Assembly: GCA_003510435.1 (NCBI GenBank) | Contig: DOMK01000020.1 | Coordinates: 59,523-123,522, forward strand | Length of the DNA: 64,000 nucleotides | Origin: Candidatus Magasanikiibacteriota bacterium | Lineage (GTDB): Bacteria; Patescibacteriota; Patescibacteriia; Magasanikbacterales; UBA922 | Direction: 5' to 3' | In this document: positions 50,838 through 61,200 of the stretch, one piece after another | Numbering within the stretch: position 1 is the stretch's first letter | Layout of the letters: each line of letters starts with the position of its first letter | Made by a program: the position numbers and the translations under genes | Notes under the pieces: model-generated | Told to the model about the DNA's origin: nothing | What the model saw: the letters and a program-made list of their open reading frames with translations, nothing else | The model's database searches: none

Positions 50838-51237
50838 TGGAGATGCCGGGAATTGAACCCGGGTCTAGGCGGGCTACCCCTACAGTCTACATGTGTAGCT
50901 GATTTGGTATTTCACTCGTGGCTAGAAAATCAGCAAAATAACTACGAGCTGAAGCTTGGATTACTTTCGGAAAAAAATCTCAAGCGAAATTTTTGACCTA
51001 CACTCAATAATTTACACCGCCTAACCCCTATTGAGTATCAGAGGGGCGATGGTAGAAGCACTTAAGCGACTACAGAAGCAAATGTAGGAACACTAAAGGC
51101 AGAAGCCAAAGCATTCTTTACTTTGCTAACAAAGTTTGCATTTATAATTTGTACTTTGGTATTTACGAGGAAAAAGTACAACCTCGACATGCTTGTAAAA
51201 GATAACATGGGTCCACCCATCGAACCCTGTCATCCCC
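50838..51237 (-). ncRNA. ssrA: tmRNA (ssrA)
   Basis: On the minus strand the 5' end reads GGGGAUGACAGGGUUCGAUGGG. The 3' end has the T-arm GGGUUCAAUUCCCGG plus CAUCUCCA pairing with the 5' GGGGAUG. An internal 'CCUCGUAAAU' is followed by a tag ORF ...ALASAFSVPTFASVVA then UAA. It is adjacent to smpB. Confidence 0.8.
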
Positions 51238-51328
51238 TTTATTCACTTAACCACTTTATCACTCAATCACTTCATCACTTTTGGTAAAGTGTTTAGGTGG
51301 TCAAGTGGTCAGGTGAAAGATTGAATTG

Positions 51329-51778
51329 TTAAAGATCTCCTTTTAAGGTTCTTCTCGTTTCTCTTTCAGTATCGCGTTTTTTAATACTTTCTCTTTTGTC
51401 ATACTTCTTTTTACCTTTGGCAAGGCCAATGGCCAATTTGATATGACGGCTCTTATTATACAGGGAAAGAGGAACAATTGTCAAGCCTTTTTCTAGCATT
51501 TTTCCTCTTAAATAAGAGATTTCTTTTACTTTTAAAAGTAGTTTTCGGCTTCTTTCTGGATCATAATTTTCTTCATTACCAGCAAATTTGTATTTTGGGA
51601 TATGGACATTGCTCAAAAGAACACTATCATTGTGAAAATTTACAAAGCCACCTTTTAGGTTCGCACTGCCTTTTCTGACTGATTTTACCTCTGACCCAGT
51701 CAGCACCAAACCAGCCTCAAAGGTCTCAAGGATTTCATAATCAAACTTAGCTTTTTTGTTTTCCGCGTAATAGTCCAT
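51329..51778 (-). CDS. smpB: SsrA-binding protein SmpB
   Basis: It reads 'NKKAKFDYEILETFEAGLVLTGSEVKSVR' and has a basic C-terminal tail. Confidence 0.9.
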   Translation of the reverse strand: MDYYAENKKAKFDYEILETFEAGLVLTGSEVKSVRKGSANLKGGFVNFHNDSVLLSNVHIPKYKFAGNEENYDPERSRKLLLKVKEISYLRGKMLEKGLTIVPLSLYNKSRHIKLAIGLAKGKKKYDKRESIKKRDTERETRRTLKGDL

Positions 51779-51894
51779 ATTTTTGCTTTATTAACATAAT
51801 TAGTGTATAATAAAACGTAGTTTTTTTCAAGTTTATACACTAAAACTTGAATTTAGTCGTTTTGGCTCCAAAGAAAAAATTAAACTTATAAAAT

Positions 51895-52329
51895 ATGTTT
51901 TGGCAAAAAAATAACAAAATTAATTTGGTTTTTGTGGTTTTTGGTATAGTTGCTTTGGGGATAATTTTAGCGACCGCGATTTTACTTATAAAATTATCTA
52001 TTAAAATTAAACAAGTTGACTTGAACAAACCAACTAATATGGTAGGTGTAGAAGATGTTTATCAAAGAGTTTTCCAAATCAAGGCAAACTACCAAAAGGG
52101 GATAGAGGATTTGTTGATTAGTACAACATCCACGACTGATAATAATACGATTTATGAAAATGTAGATAAAGTATTTTTTGCGATTAGAGTTCCTCAAGAG
52201 TTGCGCGAAATACACCTAAATACTCTAATGAATATTTATAAAATAAAAGAAACAAAATTGTCTGATTTAGAAAAAAGAGAAAAAGTTATGGATGAATTAA
52301 ATAAATTGCTTGTAGAAATTAAAAAATAA
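51895..52329 (+). CDS. hypothetical membrane-anchored protein
   Basis: It has an N-terminal TM helix and no motifs. Confidence 0.45.
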   Translation: MFWQKNNKINLVFVVFGIVALGIILATAILLIKLSIKIKQVDLNKPTNMVGVEDVYQRVFQIKANYQKGIEDLLISTTSTTDNNTIYENVDKVFFAIRVPQELREIHLNTLMNIYKIKETKLSDLEKREKVMDELNKLLVEIKK

Positions 52330-52331
52330 TT

Positions 52332-53102
52332 ATGCTTTGGAAACAGTATTTAATTAGTTTTTTTGTCGGGTTGATCACCATACCGAGTTTGATTTTGCTG
52401 ATATTTTTTCCTATCCCATGGATATTTTTTTCTACCATAATAGTTTGGATTGGTTTGTCTAGTTTTTTCTATTGGTATCTATATCATACAAAAGAAAATT
52501 TTTTTCTTGATTTTATTTTGCTGATTGCTACCCAGTTGAGTGTGATTGGTTTGATTTTACTAATTGAATGGCCGATTTTAAATTGGTTTTTGATTATTTT
52601 TTGTACGGGATTCATGGCATTGTTTTTTATAAAGTCTCAACTTCAAGAAAATCAGCTCTCTCACGAACAAAAACCAGTACGCAGAATGAAGATGATGCTC
52701 TGGATATTTAATATGTATGCTTTTTTTACTTTGATTTTTGCTTTTGATTTATTTTTTCCTAATTTACCTTTTTGGTTATGGATGTCATTGGCCGGAATTT
52801 TATCAGCTTTTGTGTCGGTTATGATTTGGAGAATGTATTTTGTGATTGAGTATAAAAAAATATTATTATGGGCACTGCTTATGGCCCTTTTAGTTTTGGA
52901 AATGGTGTGGGTCATTAATCTTTTGCCTATGGGGTATTTGATTTTGGGCGCCATGATTACTTGGTTATGGTTTTTATTTCAATTATTTGTCCGTTTTCAT
53001 CTTGCTCCTCAGGGTATAGATTGGAAAAGACAGACTTGGTTTTTATTGAGTAATGTAATTCTATTTTTTATATTTTTATTTTATATTGTTCGTTGGATAT
53101 GA
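52332..53102 (+). CDS. hypothetical polytopic membrane protein
   Basis: It has about 8 hydrophobic helices and no recognisable family. Confidence 0.45.
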   Translation: MLWKQYLISFFVGLITIPSLILLIFFPIPWIFFSTIIVWIGLSSFFYWYLYHTKENFFLDFILLIATQLSVIGLILLIEWPILNWFLIIFCTGFMALFFIKSQLQENQLSHEQKPVRRMKMMLWIFNMYAFFTLIFAFDLFFPNLPFWLWMSLAGILSAFVSVMIWRMYFVIEYKKILLWALLMALLVLEMVWVINLLPMGYLILGAMITWLWFLFQLFVRFHLAPQGIDWKRQTWFLLSNVILFFIFLFYIVRWI

Positions 53103-54187
53103 CCCCAAAAGCTCCTCACCTCCCAAACAAGACCTGTCGCGTAGATACTTATTATCGTTTACAAAATGTTAAGTGGTTGTTGTTGTTTGCTGGTTTAGCT
53201 TTTGTGGCGGGTGTAAGTGCCACCATGATTGTTAACGCCTGGGTTTTGCCACATTATGAATCAATTCAATTTGTCCAGAGTAATGACTTGGACGGAAAAA
53301 GATTAAATAACAATACACCCGATTTACTCGTAAAAAGCCAAGCCGAACAGAGACTAATGAATGTTTATGATAAAAAGAAAAAAGTTGAAGGCCAATATTA
53401 TAATAAAAATTCTTTTGTAGCTCAGTCTGCTGTCGTGAGTTCTGATGGTTGGTGTGTATTGTTTTCTTCAAATTATTTTTTGGGTCAAGAAAAAAATTGG
53501 GAAATAATTGACTATGTGGGTAATAGTTATGTGATAGAAAAAACTGTTTATGACAAAACAAATAAATTATTATTTTTAAAAATTCAAGCCAATGGTTTGC
53601 GAGTTATGTCGTTTGCCAATTGGCAAAATTTTGGTCTAAATACCAATGTTTGGTCAATTGATTTTGGTAATGAATGGAAAAATAATTTAGTGGCAGATTT
53701 TGTACCATTGGCCGATCCAGTAGTTGGCTATTATGCGGACAGACAATATAATTTTGGTTTATTGAATTTAACCACTCCTGGCAGTGTTTTGCTAGATGGC
53801 AATGGCCAGTTATTAGCTTTTGTAAATGTGGGTGGTCAAAATTTACTACCAAGCTGGTTAGTGGAGAGGGGAATTAATTCTATTTTGGAAACTGGCAAAT
53901 TGCAATATTTGGACGTGGGTTGGCAAGGATCCCTAGTTTATGGAGTTTTTGGTAATAATAATTCGCAACCTGAGACTGGTTTGTATATAAATATTTTGGG
54001 TGAGAAGTCAGTTGACTCAGCCGTGCAAATTGGTGATGTGGTTTTGGAAATAGAGAATCAACCAATTGATAAATTTACCTTGGCCGAGCAAATCTGGTTT
54101 GCGCCAAAAGAATTTAAAATAACTATTTGGCGAGATGGTGTTAGACAAGAAGTGTTTGCAAAAAAACATTATATTTTAGCCAAATAA
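53093..54187 (+). CDS. hypothetical membrane-anchored protein with a C-terminal PDZ-like segment
   Basis: It has an N-terminal TM helix. 'GDVVLEIENQPIDKFTLAEQIW...ITIWRDGVRQEVF' resembles a PDZ domain. No protease triad is recognisable. Confidence 0.4.
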   Translation: MDMTPKAPHLPNKTCRVDTYYRLQNVKWLLLFAGLAFVAGVSATMIVNAWVLPHYESIQFVQSNDLDGKRLNNNTPDLLVKSQAEQRLMNVYDKKKKVEGQYYNKNSFVAQSAVVSSDGWCVLFSSNYFLGQEKNWEIIDYVGNSYVIEKTVYDKTNKLLFLKIQANGLRVMSFANWQNFGLNTNVWSIDFGNEWKNNLVADFVPLADPVVGYYADRQYNFGLLNLTTPGSVLLDGNGQLLAFVNVGGQNLLPSWLVERGINSILETGKLQYLDVGWQGSLVYGVFGNNNSQPETGLYINILGEKSVDSAVQIGDVVLEIENQPIDKFTLAEQIWFAPKEFKITIWRDGVRQEVFAKKHYILAK

Positions 54188-54229
54188 TCTGTATATTTTG
54201 CAAAATTGACCTAGTTTTCCTTTTTACCT

Positions 54230-54258
54230 TGACAAAACTGCCATTTTATAGTATAATT
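54230..54258 (+). promoter_or_regulatory. promoter TTGACA, 17 bp, TATAAT
   Basis: The hexamers are consensus, upstream of the 54400 gene. Confidence 0.5.
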
Positions 54259-54399
54259 ATCTGTTTATTCTTGATTGTGATAAATTACAAAATCCTTTCA
54301 AAAAGATGAGAACTGATTATATTTGTCTATAAGATAATAATTTACAATCTTATCCTCACTATTTAAAATTTATAATTTAAAATTTAAAATTAATTTAAT

Positions 54400-55008
54400 A
54401 TGTTTGAAGAAAAAAGAATGTTTCATATTATACAAAAAAATTGGAAATTGATTGGTTTAATCGGTATTATTTTTGCTGGTTTAACAATCCTGATTAGTTT
54501 TTTATTTCATCTACAATATCGCGCTGATGCCCAGGTAATGATTATATCAAAATCACGTTATGGAGTAGATCCATATACCGTGGTAAAATCTGCCGAGCAA
54601 GTTGGTGGAAATTTGGTCCAAGTGGTAAAAAGTAATGATTTTTACAACAAGGTTATTGCTCAGCCTGGATTTAATTTGGACAAAACAATATTTGATAAAT
54701 TATCTGAACAAGACAAGCGAAAATTGTGGCAGAAAAATATTATTGTGTCTGTGGTTTATGGTACTGGGGTTTTGAATGTTAGTGCTTATCATGAAAACAA
54801 GGATCAAGCCAAAGAATATGCTGGCGCTGTGGCCAACACCTTGGTCTCCCAAGCTTGGCAATATGTGGGCGGAGATATTACTCTCAAAGTTATCAATGAT
54901 CCAGTTGTGACTTCTTGGCCAGTCAGGCCAAACCTAGTTGTTAACGCTCTAGTGGCTTTTATTTTTGGCATTTTATTATCAACTATTATTTTTGTTAAAC
55001 GTGGATAA
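54400..55008 (+). CDS. Wzz/polysaccharide co-polymerase-like protein (two TM helices flanking an extracytoplasmic domain)
   Basis: The TM-loop-TM topology and size fit chain-length-determinant proteins. Sequence similarity is only weak. Confidence 0.4.
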   Translation: MFEEKRMFHIIQKNWKLIGLIGIIFAGLTILISFLFHLQYRADAQVMIISKSRYGVDPYTVVKSAEQVGGNLVQVVKSNDFYNKVIAQPGFNLDKTIFDKLSEQDKRKLWQKNIIVSVVYGTGVLNVSAYHENKDQAKEYAGAVANTLVSQAWQYVGGDITLKVINDPVVTSWPVRPNLVVNALVAFIFGILLSTIIFVKRG

Positions 55009-55026
55009 TCAAAAAGGGTAATCCCT

Positions 55027-55227
55027 ATGACCAAAACTTCTGTCAAAAAAAATGATAGTAGTGAGGAGGAGAACTTGAAAAAAGAAATTGCTAAATATCG
55101 TAAGTATCATCGTGAACTAGATGAAATAGAAAAGAAAATAAAAGACCTGCGTGTTCGCTTGCAGTCTGTTTTGGATAAACAAAATGTAAAAAATACTTTG
55201 GAAAAAATTATTAGTCATAAAGATTAA
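55027..55227 (+). CDS. small coiled-coil hypothetical protein
   Basis: It is charged and heptad-like, and lies immediately upstream of the giant gene. Confidence 0.4.
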   Translation: MTKTSVKKNDSSEEENLKKEIAKYRKYHRELDEIEKKIKDLRVRLQSVLDKQNVKNTLEKIISHKD

Positions 55228-55230
55228 TTT

Positions 55231-58200
55231 ATGTCTGAAGAAGACAAAAAACGTGGTAAAGTTAGAAGAGATGGTAAGGTAATAGATGTTAAACCAACTC
55301 CGGGTGGTGATTTTGAATTATCTGCAGATAGAGAATCTGAGCTGCGAGTTGAATTGGAAAAATTGAAAAATGATCTGAAAGATAGAATCCCTGATATTGA
55401 CAGTGAAATATTAAAATTGCATGGTTCGTTAAATAGAGTAAAAACAGAAAAAAGTTTGGACTTATTTACTCAATTTAGTACTGCATTAAATGTATTAAGA
55501 CAGGAATTACGAAAGTTAGAACAAGAAATTTATGCAAATGAAATGATTGCAACTTATGAAAAAGATATTATTGCTTTGGATAAGAAATTAAAAAAACTAG
55601 CTAAACAAGTTGGCGTTAGTGCTTCTGAACTCATACTCAAATTAGCCAATACTAGTATTTCAGAACTAAAAAATGCTTTATTTCAAGTCGGTGATAAACC
55701 CGATGATCCTGATGTTGCAGGCCAGTTTGATGCCCTGCTTAGAAAAGCCAAAGAGTCAGTAAATGAAGCTATAAAGAAACAAAAGGAAAAAGGTGAATGG
55801 AAAGTAAATACTGATGAAGAAGTGAAAGCTATTTGGGAACAAGCTGAAACTAGAGATGCAAAGCAGGTTATAGCTTTGATCGGAGAAACTCAACAAACTT
55901 TGGAGAGAAATAAAAAAGACGGCGAAGGCAGACTAAATGGTGCAGAAAAAATTTCTGATATACAAGAAACCGTCATGACTCATGACGGTGATTTGGTTTA
56001 TCTACCAGAAAAAGGTCATGCCATTATTGTGGGTGACACCCATGGAGATGAAAGTTCTATTCAATCAATCTTAGTGGAAACAGATTTTATTGCGCGCGTA
56101 GAAAGACATGAACCAGTGTATTTAGTCTTTACTGGGGACTATGTTGATCGCGGGCCAAAGCAATTGGAAAATATTCAAGCGTTAATGGAATTGTATAATG
56201 AATATCCTGAGAATGTAATTTTGTTAAGAGGGAATCATGAACATGCTGGCTCACCTCAAATGCAAGATCCGGATTTATTTAATATAAAGGCCATGGATGC
56301 CTATGGCACTTTTGCAACAGAAATTAGAGATAAATACAACGAATTTTATGATAATTTGCCAATTAATTTAGTGACAAAGAAAGGCTTGTTGATCACCCAC
56401 GGCGGGATAGCAGAAGATCCTGAAGTAAAAAGAGCCGGAGATTTGACGAGATTAAGTAATGACCAGAAAATGCAAATGATGTGGACAGATCCAACAGAAA
56501 TTTCTGATGATTTTGTTTACATTCCCAAAAATAAAGATGGTGAGACAAAAAGTAGAGGTAGTTATGGTCAAGGCGATGATGAGAAAAAAGTTAAAAAATT
56601 TGGTAAAGGTGTTTTTGAAAAATCTTTACAAGCTGTTGGTGCCAAGGCTATGATGCGTTCACATCAGGCTGACGATAGTTTTAAAGATAATGGTTTTAAA
56701 AGACAATTTGGTGACAAATTAGTGACAGTATTTTCTACTACATCTGGACAGCGTGGTTACAAACCAGCCTATATGGAGGTAGATTTGAGTGCAGAATTAA
56801 CAGATTTTTCTACAGCTGATACGGCAGTGAACGGTCCAGTGCAACTAAGAAATGTTGGTGATACTAGACCACATTTGTTAAAAGATGAAGATTTGATAGA
56901 GTTGGAAGAAAGTGATGGAGTTTTGGGTGAAGATGACGAACCTCCAATAGTTAATACTCCACCAACTGAAGATGATCCAAAAAAATGGTGGAGATGGTTG
57001 TCTTTACATTATCATGTGGCTAAAACAAATAGTCATGAATTAAATTCAGCCATAAATACTTGTGGTGATAAAAATTTGGCTGGATTGAAAAGAATTTACG
57101 AAATAATTTTGGCTTGTGGAGACGATTTTGCCGAAGCTGGCAGACAAGCTTTGGAGTTTGCGCACAGCCTGCCTAAACCAGGTGTAGGTGAGAGTGGTGC
57201 AGATTCTTCTGATCATTTATCAGAGGATGACCAAAGTAAGTGGCAAGAAATAAAAGCTGTAAGTGGAGATGTAAAAATTGTAGATTGTTTACGCTTGTTT
57301 TCTAGTATAGAAAAAACTTATAAATTATTTACTTTATTTAAAAAAGATGGAAAAAGATTTTCTGATTTTGTGATCCAATGGGATAATCTTCCAGATCGTT
57401 CAGATATTAGTTTGGTAGTTGAAATGCTAGACAGTCATACAAAAAATCCTAAACTTTATTATGATGATCCTGATTCTAGATTAGAGATAGATGTTAGTAA
57501 TTTACAAGAGATGTTTGGTTCAATGGTTTTGTTTACTGAGTTTGCCCCGAGTGATTTGGACAGTCGGAAGAGATTTTGTGAAGAAATACCAAAAAAAGTA
57601 AATGATCTATATGAAAAAATATTTAGTCAGGCAGTAATTGATATACACGAAGTTGATTATGGTGTTCATGCTGTATCCGATCCAGCAGGAAATCTTAGAG
57701 TAAAAAATCAAGTCTTGCAAGAATTGAGTGCTGACATACTAAAAATTGATATAATTACTATTACATTTTTACATCAATTTCTTCTTCAGATGAATGAAAA
57801 GATTGGAAAAAATATTCAAGATGAGGGTGTTTATTATATGGAGGCAAACAAAAGAATTGAAGAGATTTTTAAAGATAAACGAGCAGATTTAGAGAAACTG
57901 AGGAAAAAAGTTGGAGGTGAGGAAGATGAAGCTGAAGCAAGATTGACAAAGCGAAAAGCTGAACTAGCCACGGCTTTGGGGGTGAGTTTCCCTAATCCAG
58001 CTGAAGTAAAACTTTTAGAAGATTTTCCTGATGATCGGGTTGATATTTTGGCACTGTTTTCTAAGGCTCTGGAAAGAGATTATACACAAATAAGAGCCTG
58101 GACAGAATTAAAAAATCATGAAAAGGTGAAAGATTTTTTTGCCTTAGGACAACTTATAGAAATCACTAAGGTTTGTGATGTTACCGCTGGTACAGCCCAT

Positions 58201-61200
58201 GCAAAAAAAGGCGCAGAATTTGCCAAAGTTTTTTTGAAAAGTTTTAAATCAGCGCAGAGTGCCTATGATGTTTTTATTTCTTTGAAAAAAAATGGAAATA
58301 GATTTATTGCCTTGGATTCACGTTGGCGTCATACTGATATTAGCAAAGAATCGCCAGATGATTGTGTAAAGACTATCGCTGATCTGAGTGAAGAATATCC
58401 TGGAGTGATGTCTAATTTGGAATTGATAAAGAAATTGCCTAGCAAAAAAAATCCAAAAGATTATATAGCCGAGATGATGGCTAGTATTGAAGCTAGATCA
58501 GTGGCATTTGTTGGTGATATAAAATCCAAGGTAGAAACAGAAGCTGACACTAATGCAAAGAGACGGTTGATTCATGATGCCTTGTCTAGATTTGAACGAG
58601 AAGGTTCTGACCTCATCTTGTTCATTACCAATTTGTCTGGACAGGTTAGAGAATTAATGGCTACGGCTGGAAGTGATGCTGGTAAGATAGAAGAGATTGA
58701 ACAATTGTCCACTGCTTTTTCAGATGAACAGAGGTTAAAATACCAGGCTAGAAAAAAAGAATTAGAACAAATGCTGGAGGATGTAAAAACTGAAGAAAAA
58801 ATTATTAGAGACTTTGGTACGGTGGAAGAATATAAGCGTTGGTCTGCTCTGCCGTTTGCTCATGGCAATTTTGATGATGCATTATTATTAAGAACCTGGA
58901 CCGGTGGAGATGCTGATGTGGCACAGGATTGGCAAGACAGATTTGGCGCAAAACTTGGTAATGACAGGCTTTTGTTTAGTGAAGCGCGTACTCTAGTCGG
59001 AAATGATATGACTGTTTTGGAACAATTGGTTGATGCTGTACCGGGAATAGAGAGTATGGCGCGGGTACCAGCTTTTGATGCTCTAAAAGCAGCTAAAGAA
59101 ACAAAAGATAGAGTAGCTTCAGCCGAAGTTTTACCCGGTCCAGAATTAGGAAAAAAATTAATAGAATATTTTAAGACACTTGCAGATGGCAGATTTTGTA
59201 ATTTTGGTTATAAAGAATTTGATGATGGCAATTTAACTGAATTGAAACAGCGGGTGGATTTTGTAGTTCAAAAAGTAGGGGTAATACCAGTAGACATAAT
59301 TTCTAAATTTGGTTTTGTGTGCAAAAAGTATCCTACTATTGTTGCAGATAGTGACAAGACTATTTTTCAAATCAGTATTCAAATAGATAATTGGAAAGAA
59401 GAATTTTTGAGGGTGTTAACTGTATATGAACAAGAAAATGAATATAAAGAAAAAAGAGAAGGGTTGGAAAATTTATGTATGAATATTTCCGAATATTCTG
59501 GTGGTCTTCACGTGTTAGGTGTTAAGGATGACGATGGCTATGTTGCTAGATTTAAATTACCTCTGGTTGAATTAGAGAGGAGAGCTAAACTTGTTAATGA
59601 TTTGTATCGTGCCAGCAGTTATAGTGGTTTTGTTCGTTTTACTAGTGATGATAGTAAACCAATTTGTCGTGATTGGATTCAGTTAAATATTGAGAGAAAT
59701 GACCTGGAGACAGAATTTTTGCGTTTGTTAAAAATTCAGGAACAAAGAGAACCGTTGAAAAGAGTTTGTGGAGATCATAGAATGGGAACACGAGGCGCTG
59801 GTGATTCACTTGGTCTGGATGATGATTTTGTACCAACTAAAAATCCAGATGAACAGGTAGCTGACTTTGGGCCTAAATTAGAAAAAATCCAGGCATATTT
59901 AAACGAAGCAAGAAGTGATCATATTGAAATAAGAATTTCTCGGGAATCAAAGGTGGTTGAAACTTTTGATCCAAAAGATGATTGGAGTGTTACTGTTATA
60001 AATCTAAATCTAGAAGATCCTAACTGGGAAAGGCAATTTTTTGCCTTGACTGGAATTGACCCAAAGATCAAAGAGAGTAAAGAAATTAAAAAACAAGAAT
60101 TAAAAATAAAGTATAGAGAAGATTATAGAAATGATAAACCAATATCACCGCCCACTACTGATCTAGAAAAAGAAGCCATGATAGAATTTTTATCTGCGCC
60201 AGATGTTGATGTTAGTGTAGTAATTAATCAGTCAATTCAAGACTGTAGGCAAATTCCAAATGAATTTTTTGATAGAACAAAAAAATGGTTTGAGTTTGGT
60301 AATGAAGAATATAGAAATATTCTGGTAAGTGCTGTTAGATATTGTTTATCCCCTGCAGAAGATGGTCATACAAAGCCAGAAAATTTTCTTTCGCCAACAG
60401 CATATCAGGATTTTTTTGTTAGTTTGAGTAAACTGTTGGGTGTGCCAGTAACGGGTGAATTTGAACTCAAGAATGATGATGGTTGGCGTGATCTAGATTA
60501 TTTGCTTCAACATCATGTTGATTGGAGCGAAAATAATGCTAAGACAAAATTGCTTTCTGTTTATGATGCACAGGGGTTTTTTAAAACAAGCAAAAAAGAA
60601 AGAAAGCAATTGTTAGATGGTTTACATAGTCGTCATGAGTCTTTGATTGCTACAGCGAAAAAAATAGATAGTACCAAATTTTTATATATCAGATTGAGAA
60701 AGATAGTAGATAATTTTACTTCTCACACTACTGGCAATCTCGATCTAAATGTTAATAAACTTGCAAAAGAAGAGTATAGCTTGAATTATGATTTGAGAGA
60801 TTTTTTTAATAAAAAATTACCTAAGGCTGGTAATACTGACGGACTTACTTTTTTGTTAACTAGCGGATGGAAAGGTTTTCAAGATAGGGCTGATGGAATA
60901 TCAATGGGTTTGGAAACAACACTTGCTTTCATGATTGAGGCAATGGAAGATAATGGTTTTTTGCCTCGCACTGGCAAACCTTATAAAAAAGAAGATTATA
61001 ATCCAGAATTATTATTGTTATATGAAAAATATCAAGAACTAAAAACTACTGGCAAAGTAGAAGATTTGGGTATGGCAGAAGCCGGCGCTGGTGGAGCATT
61101 AGAAGTTTTGGGTGGTGGTGATTCTGTTGACGACGCAGTTGGAGACGGAAGTGGAGCTAGAGAACCTGGACCAGATACACCCCGAGCTTCAGAATTTCAT

